The position numbers and the translations under genes were made by a program. Below are positions 7,442 to 13,396 of a DNA stretch of 13,396 nt, in pieces. The DNA is from an uncultured Pseudomonadota bacterium (GTDB lineage: Bacteria; Pseudomonadota; Alphaproteobacteria; JACZXZ01). Under the pieces are notes generated by a model, which did no database searches, was not told where the DNA came from, and saw only the letters and a program-made list of their open reading frames with translations. How positions within the stretch are numbered: the first letter of the stretch is position 1; every line of letters begins with the position of its first letter. The stretch spans positions 1 through 13,396 of the forward strand of contig CAVVLJ010000005.1 in assembly GCA_963749075.1 (NCBI GenBank). Reading direction: 5' to 3'.

Positions 7442-9484
7442 TTATTTGCGCTGGTAGCGCAAAGTGCATTCCCGATAACCCATCTTGCCGCTTCCTTCCA
7501 AGACACCGTTCTGAATTCTGCCGGTGAATTGCATCGTGTATTTTCCGATCCTCGCATTTTCTCCTGCGCCACGTAAAACGAAGCTGCCGTCCGTATTGAC
7601 GCGGCCCTCGTAGACCTCGTGACCGGGCGTGCCGTAGCCTGGCACTTCGATATCGGCCGAGAGCCGGTTGTCAGTCACGGTGAATATGCGAGCCGTGCTC
7701 TCGAAGGGGGGGTACTTATTGACCGTGCTCGCCGAGCACGACAGTAGGCCGCTCCACCTTCCGTCATAGGGATTCTTGGAGCTTGGCTGCGGTGCCGCCG
7801 GCATTGCCGGCTTGACCACCATCGCCGTCGCCACAGGCTGCTGCTCGCGGGCCTTTTCCGCAGCCTGCGCCGCCTCCTGCCGCGCCTTCTCCTGCTCCCG
7901 CTCCTTGTCCTTGCGGGCCTGATAGACCGCGGCATCCTCGAGCGCCACGGTCGCCACATAGGCGATGGCCTCGTCCTTGCGCTCGACGGCGTACCAGTCG
8001 CCGCTCTTCACCTTGCCGGCGACGTGCACGCGCTCACCTTCCCTGAGCCTTCCCACTTGCTTGGCCGCGATCTCGGGCGCCTCGCGCAGCGGCGCCGCGC
8101 GCGCCGCGATCATGTCATTGTCGATGACGTCGAGATCCGGCGTGGACTTGGCACGCGCCGGGGAGAGCGCTGCCAGCTGCGCCGGCTTCAAGGACGAGAG
8201 GCGGTTGCGCGCCACCGCGACGAATTCGCCATTGGGATATTTTGCGAGATAGGCCTCGAAGTCGGCGGCGAGCGTGCTGTCCTTGATCGATTTCCAGAAC
8301 GCCAGCTCGAATTCGCGGTCCTCCTCGGCATTCGACGCAGGGAGAGGTGCCGGTGCCGGCGGTGTTGCGCTTGCGGCAGCAGGTGCAGGCGGCGCGCTTG
8401 CCGGGGCGGCCGGCGATGGTGACTGCGGCGGCGCGGCGTTGCCGGAAACGGCTGCGGAGACCGCCGCGGGCGCTGTGCTCGGCGATGCTGGCGCAGGGCT
8501 CGCTGCCGGGGAGGGCGCCGGGCTTGGCACGGCAGCCACGCTTGGCGCCGGCGCAGCGGGGCTCGATGGCATCGGGCTTGGAGCGGCGGCGCTCGCGGGT
8601 GCCGCGGCAGGGCTCGGCGGCCCAGAGGGCGTCGGGCTCGGCACGGCGGCAGCGCTTGGCGCCGCCGGGGCGAGGCTTGGCGGCGGTGTCTCGCTCTTTG
8701 CGGCAGTCGCCTCGCCCGCGGCAGGCGGGCTCGGGGCGGCTGCCGGCGGCGGGGCGCTCGCCGCTGCAGCGGGCGGGCTGGCCGGGGCTGCATTGCTCTT
8801 GGCGCTTTGCACGGGTGGCGGCTCGCGAGCTTGCTGGGGCGACGGCGCGGCCGGAGCCGGGCTCGCAACGGCCGTCTTGGCGGGCGGCGCCTGCTCGCCG
8901 CCGCCGCGCAGCGCAAAGACGGCGACGGCTCCGGCGACGAGGACCACGGCGGCCAGGGCCGCGATCGCGGTTACGGCGCGGCGCGAGGATGGGCCCCGCG
9001 CCGGCGCCGCGCTCGTGCCGTACACTCTCGCACCGGAGCTTGCCTGGGCCGCGGCCGCGATCGCCGCGAATGGCGCCGTGCCCGGCGAAGGCGGCGGCCC
9101 GATGAGATGGCTGAGATCGGCGACGAGCCTCTGGCAGCCGGCGAAATCCGTGCCGCCGCGCCATGACGAGAGATCGACCGTCTGGATGTTGGTGAAGCGC
9201 AGCGGCGGCATCGCTTCGTCGAGGCGCACCGGCACCAGCTTCTTCTTGTCGACGGCATAGGCCGCCTCGGCGCGTACCCAGTCCGAGCCCACCGAATGGC
9301 GCGACCACACCACGATGACCGCGCGCGCCTCGGCGAGCGCCTGCTCGATGACCAGGTCGAACGAGCTGCCGGTGGTGATGCGCCGGTCCCACCATACGGA
9401 CCAGCCGGTGCCCTCGAGGAGGGCTGCCAGCGCCTCGACCTTGGCCTGGTCCTGCCGCGAATAACTGATGAAGAGGTCGGCCAC
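7442..9484 (-). CDS. Membrane-anchored TIR-domain protein, paralog A (TIR - TM - Pro/Ala linker - helical motif - SH3b-like - C-terminal beta domain)
   Basis: TIR motifs DLFISYSRQD, VWWD, VIVVWSRHSVGSDWVRAEA (Glu73), LVPVRLD; TM near 8909-8978; ELAFWKSI...FEAYLAKYPNGEF; LREAP...GRLREGERVHVAGKV..DWY; YDGRWSG..C...C. SD GAGGG before GTG. Confidence 0.88.
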   Translation of the reverse strand: MADLFISYSRQDQAKVEALAALLEGTGWSVWWDRRITTGSSFDLVIEQALAEARAVIVVWSRHSVGSDWVRAEAAYAVDKKKLVPVRLDEAMPPLRFTNIQTVDLSSWRGGTDFAGCQRLVADLSHLIGPPPSPGTAPFAAIAAAAQASSGARVYGTSAAPARGPSSRRAVTAIAALAAVVLVAGAVAVFALRGGGEQAPPAKTAVASPAPAAPSPQQAREPPPVQSAKSNAAPASPPAAAASAPPPAAAPSPPAAGEATAAKSETPPPSLAPAAPSAAAVPSPTPSGPPSPAAAPASAAAPSPMPSSPAAPAPSVAAVPSPAPSPAASPAPASPSTAPAAVSAAVSGNAAPPQSPSPAAPASAPPAPAAASATPPAPAPLPASNAEEDREFELAFWKSIKDSTLAADFEAYLAKYPNGEFVAVARNRLSSLKPAQLAALSPARAKSTPDLDVIDNDMIAARAAPLREAPEIAAKQVGRLREGERVHVAGKVKSGDWYAVERKDEAIAYVATVALEDAAVYQARKDKEREQEKARQEAAQAAEKAREQQPVATAMVVKPAMPAAPQPSSKNPYDGRWSGLLSCSASTVNKYPPFESTARIFTVTDNRLSADIEVPGYGTPGHEVYEGRVNTDGSFVLRGAGENARIGKYTMQFTGRIQNGVLEGSGKMGYRECTLRYQRK

Positions 9485-9493
9485 GAGCTTCCC

Positions 9494-9574
9494 TCAGCGC
9501 CGGCGCTGCTGCCGCCTTGTCGGGTCGCCTGACCCGGCGCTGCGGCCGGTGGAGACGTCGGCGAGCCTCCTCAT
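9494..9574 (-). CDS. Putative 26-aa leader peptide MRRLADVSTGRSAGSGDPTRRQQRRR, in frame with paralog A
   Basis: ATG with GAGGG 6 nt upstream, 27 codons, TGA three codons before the TIR GTG; same-length homolog before paralog B. Confidence 0.45.
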   Translation of the reverse strand: MRRLADVSTGRSAGSGDPTRRQQRRR

Positions 9575-9607
9575 GTCGACCCTCGATGGTGCGGCGCGGA
9601 TGGCGGA

Positions 9608-9636
9608 ATTATAATTGGCGGGCGCGTCAATGACAA
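9608..9636 (-). promoter_or_regulatory. sigma70 promoter of paralog A
   Basis: Minus strand TTGTCA - 17 bp - TATAAT; conserved in the paralog B upstream region. Confidence 0.75.
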
Positions 9637-9672
9637 ACAACCGGCGTCGGCCGCGCGCGGCAGGCTATGCCG

Positions 9673-11652
9673 TCATTGGCGCCGGTAGGCCAGGGTGCAT
9701 TGCCGCATGCCCATGGTTCCGCTCGCGTCGAGCACGCCGTTGTGCGCCTTGCCCATGAAGCTGATGAAATAGCCGCCGCCCCTCGAGTTCGTGCCCCTGC
9801 CGGTGATGGAGACCGTGCCGTCCGGATCGATGCGGCCCTGATAGACCTCGTGGGCACCCATGTTGTTGAAGCCGGGAACGTCGGTCTCCAGCGAAAGCTG
9901 CCCGCCGGCAACGGTGAAGGGCCGGATATCGTTCTGGAACGGCTGGACCCGGCCGTTCGGACTCGGTCCGCAGGACATGACGCCGCGCCACGTTCCGTCA
10001 TAGCCGCCGGCGCGCGGTGCGCCCGCCGCAGCAGGCGGTTCCGCCGACGCCACGGGCGCCGATGCCGCCCCTTGCTCCTTGGCCTTGCGCGCCTGGTAGG
10101 TCTGCGGCGATTCGAGGCCGGTCCCTATTACATAGGCGAGCGCATCGCCTTTCACTTTGATGGTGTACCAATTCTTGTCTCGCACCTTGCCGGTGACGTG
10201 CACGCTCTCGCCCTCGGAGAGATGCCCGGTGCGCTTGGCGCTGAATTCGGGCGCCGCGTGGACCGGCAGCTCGCGCGTCGCCACCATGTCCTTGTCCAGC
10301 ACCTCTAGCTCGGGCCCGGGCTTGGCCGGCGGTGGCACGTTCGCGACCTGGGCCGGCTTCCCCGGCGGTGCTACGCTCGCCACCTCGGCCGGCTTGGTCG
10401 GCGGTGCCGCGCTCGCCACCTCGGCCGGCTTGGCCGGCGGCGCCGCGCTCGCCGCCGGGGCCGGCTTGAGCGCCGCGATGCGGTTGCGCGCCACGGCGGC
10501 GAATTCGCCGTTCGGATATTTCGCGAGATAGGCCTCGAAGTCGCCGGGGATCGTGCTCTCCCTGATCGATTTCCAGAACGCCAGCTCGAATTCGCGATCG
10601 GTCGCATTGCTTGACGCCGGTGCGGCAGTGGCGGCCGCGGCGGCAGGGGCAGGCGTGGCGGCAGGGGTGGCGGCAGGGGCCGGGGCGGATGGAGCGGCGC
10701 TCGCTGCGGCTGCCGGCTCGGCAGCGGTCGCAGGGGAGGGAGCCGGCGCCGGCGTTTCGCTCGGCGCGGCTGTCTCGGCGGCTGCTGGAGAGGCAGCTGC
10801 CGCCGGCGTGCCGCTCGGCGCTGGCGCGGGCGTCTCGCTCGCCGCGGGCGTTTCGGCGGCTGCCGGAGAGGCTGGCGCTGCCGGCGCGCTGCTCGGCGCC
10901 GGCGTGGGCGTCTCGCTCTTGGCCGTCGTTTCGCTCTTGGCGGTGGCCTCGCTCTTGGGAGATGCGGCTGGAGCCGGTTCCTTTGCCTCGGTTGCCGTTG
11001 CCGCGGCCGGGGCGGCGCTCGCGACCGCGGTCTTCGCGGGTGGGGCCTGCTCGTTGCCGCCGCGCAGCACGGCGAAGGCGATGCCGCCGCCGATGAGCAC
11101 CGCCGCTGCCAGCGCCGCCGCTGCCAAGGCACCGCGCCGGGCCGGGCGCGGCGGCGGCGAAGCTGGCACGGCAAGCGGCACCGGTGCGGCCTCGGCGGGC
11201 TTGACGGCGGGAACTGCCGGCGCCGGCTCGGCCGGGCGCGCGGCAGCACCGGGTGCCGGCGGCGGCCCGAGCAACTGGGAGAGGTCGTGGATGAGCTTCT
11301 GGCAGCCGGCGAAGTCGGTGCTGCCGCCCCATGCCGAGAGGTCGACGGTCTGGATGTTGGTGAAGCGCAGCGGCGGCTGTGCATCGTCGAGGCGCACCGG
11401 CACCAGCTTCTTCTTGTCGACGGCATAGGCCGCCTCGGCGCGCACCCAGTCCGAGCCGACCGAGTGGCGCGACCAGGCGACGATGACGGCGTGCGCCTCG
11501 GCGAGCGCCTGCTCGATGACCAGGTCGAAGGAGCTGCCGGTGGTGATGCGCCGGTCCCACCACACGGACCAGCCGGTGCCCTCGAGGAGGGCTGCCAGCG
11601 CCTCGACCTTGGCCTGGTCCTGCCGCGAATAGCTGATGAAGAGGTCGGCCAC
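9673..11652 (-). CDS. Membrane-anchored TIR-domain protein, paralog B (same architecture as A)
   Basis: First 89 aa differ from A at 2 positions; TM near 11066-11130; same ELAFWKSI/YLAKYPNGEF motif, SH3b-like VHAAP...GHLSEGESVHVTGKV..NWY, YDGTWRG..C...C C-terminus. Confidence 0.88.
   Translation of the reverse strand: MADLFISYSRQDQAKVEALAALLEGTGWSVWWDRRITTGSSFDLVIEQALAEAHAVIVAWSRHSVGSDWVRAEAAYAVDKKKLVPVRLDDAQPPLRFTNIQTVDLSAWGGSTDFAGCQKLIHDLSQLLGPPPAPGAAARPAEPAPAVPAVKPAEAAPVPLAVPASPPPRPARRGALAAAALAAAVLIGGGIAFAVLRGGNEQAPPAKTAVASAAPAAATATEAKEPAPAASPKSEATAKSETTAKSETPTPAPSSAPAAPASPAAAETPAASETPAPAPSGTPAAAASPAAAETAAPSETPAPAPSPATAAEPAAAASAAPSAPAPAATPAATPAPAAAAATAAPASSNATDREFELAFWKSIRESTIPGDFEAYLAKYPNGEFAAVARNRIAALKPAPAASAAPPAKPAEVASAAPPTKPAEVASVAPPGKPAQVANVPPPAKPGPELEVLDKDMVATRELPVHAAPEFSAKRTGHLSEGESVHVTGKVRDKNWYTIKVKGDALAYVIGTGLESPQTYQARKAKEQGAASAPVASAEPPAAAGAPRAGGYDGTWRGVMSCGPSPNGRVQPFQNDIRPFTVAGGQLSLETDVPGFNNMGAHEVYQGRIDPDGTVSITGRGTNSRGGGYFISFMGKAHNGVLDASGTMGMRQCTLAYRRQ
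10318..10455 (-). repeat. 36-bp (12-aa) coding tandem repeat, (A/V)APPxKPAEVAS-like, about 4 copies
   Basis: AAPPAKPAEVAS-AAPPTKPAEVAS-VAPPGKPAQVAN-VPPPAKPGPE in paralog B; absent from A. Confidence 0.85.
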
Positions 11653-11661
11653 GAGCGTCCC

Positions 11662-11742
11662 TCAGTGCCAGCGCTGCTGCTGCCGTATCGCGCGGCCTGA
11701 CCCGGCGCTGCCGCCGGTGGAGACGCCGATGAGTTCCGCCAT
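11662..11742 (-). CDS. Putative 26-aa leader peptide MAELIGVSTGGSAGSGRAIRQQQRWH, in frame with paralog B
   Basis: ATG with GAGGG 4 nt upstream, 27 codons, TGA three codons before the TIR GTG; 15/26 identical to the leader of A. Confidence 0.45.
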   Translation of the reverse strand: MAELIGVSTGGSAGSGRAIRQQQRWH

Positions 11743-11773
11743 GGCACCCTCGCCGCTGCGACGCAGCTGTCGC

Positions 11774-11802
11774 ATTATAATTGGCGGCGGCGCCAAAGAC
11801 AA
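11774..11802 (-). promoter_or_regulatory. sigma70 promoter of paralog B
   Basis: Minus strand TTGTCT - 17 bp - TATAAT. Confidence 0.75.
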
Positions 11803-11827
11803 ACGGCCGCAGCTGCCGCAGGCCAGG

Positions 11828-11913
11828 GCGATTCCCACTCGAGTGGAATCGCTGCTCCGGTCGTCATTCCCGCGAAAGCGGGAATCGATCGGCCCTGGAC
11901 CCCCGCTTTCGCG
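11828..11913. repeat. Palindrome plus REP-like element truncated by the IS
   Basis: GCGATTCCCACTCGAGTGGAATCGC (11828-11852); GTCATTCCCGCGAAAGCGGGAATC (11863-11886, related to 4392-4412) and half of the partner hairpin TGGACCCCCGCTTTCGCG (11896-11913). Confidence 0.75.
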
Positions 11914-12228
11914 CTAGTACCTCTGCACAGAGAATTTGATGGGTTGATCGTGACTTGGGTCTAGAGGCGGCAGGGCTTGGGGATCGACGATCAGTTCGAT
12001 GCTGCGAGCGACGCCGGGTCGGCGGTGGATCAAGCCTGCGCGCTCGAGGGTGAGGATCATCTGGTGGACGGAAGGCGGCGTGACGCGGAAGTGGCGTTGC
12101 AGATCGGCTTCGGCGGGCGGGCGGCCGAGCACCAGGGTGTAGGCGTGGATGAAGGCGAGGTACTGCCCCTGCTTGGGGGTGAATCTGGGTGCGGAAGAGG
12201 GGAGACAAGCGCCCGGCATCTGATTCAT
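11914..12228 (-). CDS. LexA N-terminal-like winged-helix DNA-binding protein (104 aa), IS passenger
   Basis: FTPKQGQYLAFIHAY...GRPPAEADLQRHFRVTPPSVHQMILTLERAGLIHRRPGVARSIEL follows the LexA DNA-binding domain pattern; no peptidase domain; GAGGG 8 nt before ATG 12228; stop lies in the left IS end. Confidence 0.75.
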   Translation of the reverse strand: MNQMPGACLPSSAPRFTPKQGQYLAFIHAYTLVLGRPPAEADLQRHFRVTPPSVHQMILTLERAGLIHRRPGVARSIELIVDPQALPPLDPSHDQPIKFSVQRY

Positions 12229-12259
12229 CTGTCGAGCCCTCAAGCACAGGAGGGCAACG

Positions 12260-13375
12260 ATGAATGTACGGTACCGGGTCGAGCTGAGCCAGGGGGAGCG
12301 CGAGGAGCTGACGGCACTGCTGAGCGGGGGCAAGCATGCCGCGCGCAAGCTCAAGCGGGCGCAGATCCTGCTGGCGGCGGACGCCGGGGCCAGCGACGAG
12401 GCCATTGCCACGAGCGTAGCCGTCGGCGGCTCGACGGTTTATCGGACCAAGCGTCGCTTCGTCGAAGGCAACCTGGAGGCGGCCCTGAGCGAGGAGCCGC
12501 GCCCTGGGGCTGGGCGCAAGCTCTCGGGCAAGGAGGAGGCGTTGCTGGTGGCGACCGCCTGCTCCAGCCCGCCCCAAGGCCGTGCGCGCTGGACGCTGGA
12601 GCTGCTGGCCGGCGCCATGGTCAAGCTGACCGACCATGAGGGCCTCTCGCGCGAGACGGTGCGCCGGCGCCTGGCCGAGAACCACCTCAAGCCGTGGCGC
12701 AAAGACATGTGGTGCATTCCGAAGGTCGACGGGACGATATCGCCCGCATGGAGGACGTGCTCGACCTTTACGCCGAGCACCCCGATCCCAAGCGCCCGGT
12801 GGTGTGCTTCGACGAGAGCCCGACCCAGCTCATCGGCGAGGTGCGCGAGCCGATCCCGGCGAGGCCGGGGCAGCTCGCGCGCTTCGACTACGAGTACATG
12901 CGCAACGGCACCGCCAACCTGTTCATGTTCGTCGACGTACATCGACCGTGGCGCCAGGTGAAGGTCACAGACCATCGCACGGCCGGCGACTTCGCCGATT
13001 GCATGCGCGACCTGTTGACACGCACTACCCGAAGGCCGAGCACATCAGGGTCGTGCTGGACAATCTCTCGACCCATTCCCCCGGCGCGCTCTACGAGGCC
13101 TTCCCACCAGCCGAGGCGCGGCGCATCCTGCGCCGCCTCGAGTTTCACTACACGCCCAAGCACGCCAGCTGGCTCAACATGGTGGAGATCGAGATCGGCG
13201 TCCTGCGCGGCCAGTGCCTCGACCGACGCATCGGCGAGCGCGCGGTCCTCATCCGAAATCGCCGCCTGGGAGCGCCAGCGAAATGCCGAGGCGCCCGCAT
13301 CAAGTGGATGTTCACCACCGAACGCGCCCGCGACAAGATGGCTCGCGCCTACCCAACCCCAACCAAACGTCTTGA
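12260..13375 (+). pseudogene. IS630-family transposase, frameshifted as given
   Basis: SD AGGAGG; HTH region (RAQILLAAD, PRPG, RWTLELLA, SRETVRRRL); DDE motifs VCFDES, VLDNLSTH, HYTPKHASWLNMVEIE split across frames, with shifts near 12737, 13015, 13251 and 13291. Confidence 0.88.
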
Positions 13376-13396
13376 TCTCTGTGCAGAGGTACTAGG

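Larger units (their letters stand above)
11914..13395. mobile_element. IS630-family insertion sequence (about 1.48 kb) with passenger gene
   Basis: Perfect 20-bp inverted ends CTAGTACCTCTGCACAGAGA (11914-11933) / TCTCTGTGCAGAGGTACTAG (13376-13395); CTAG/TA flanks typical of IS630; IS630-type transposase inside. Confidence 0.93.

Noticed and set aside
7339-7490. DGR template/variable repeat pair (remnant vs end of paralog A)
   Set aside because: Mismatches are not adenine-specific (GGT/GGC, TAT/TAC, ACT/ACG) and no reverse transcriptase is in the window.
9494-9496. Selenocysteine at the in-frame UGA of the leaders
   Set aside because: No Cys/redox motif context and no SECIS I can support; the UGA is explained as part of the TGAGGG SD.
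7442-11652. Calling the TIR genes Thoeris, CBASS, Pycsar or SPARTA
   Set aside because: No SIR2/Macro/SLOG, cyclase, STING/SAVED or Argonaute domains or partner genes are visible.
12229-12411. Longer 165-aa version of the LexA-like gene
   Set aside because: The extension is antisense to the transposase 5' end; ATG 12228 has an SD and starts just before the domain.
12694-13395. Treating the 233-aa ORF as an intact IS630 orfB ending in SVQRY like the passenger
   Set aside because: It drifts in and out of the true transposase frame; the SVQRY ending is just the inverted repeat read in a shifted frame.

Overview
High-GC, alphaproteobacterial-looking window with three parts. (1) + strand: the end of a DUF1007-like gene, an RcnA/NicO-type Ni/Co transporter, and an operon livK-livG-livF-livH-livM-like ABC transporter plus a divergent L-aspartate dehydrogenase (NadX)-like gene. 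Its intergenic gaps hold a 16-bp tandem repeat and two palindromic repeat insertions. (2) - strand: two tandem paralogous membrane-anchored TIR proteins (TIR - TM helix - Pro/Ala linker - conserved helical motif - SH3b-like - variable two-Cys C-terminal domain). Each has its own near-consensus sigma70 promoter and an in-frame 26-codon leader ORF, and a collapsed remnant of a third copy lies downstream. (3) A complete IS630-family element with a frameshifted transposase and a divergent LexA-like HTH passenger, inserted in a REP-like palindrome. The TIR receptor array is the best candidate for an undescribed system. All calls come from reading the sequence by eye; no searches were run.
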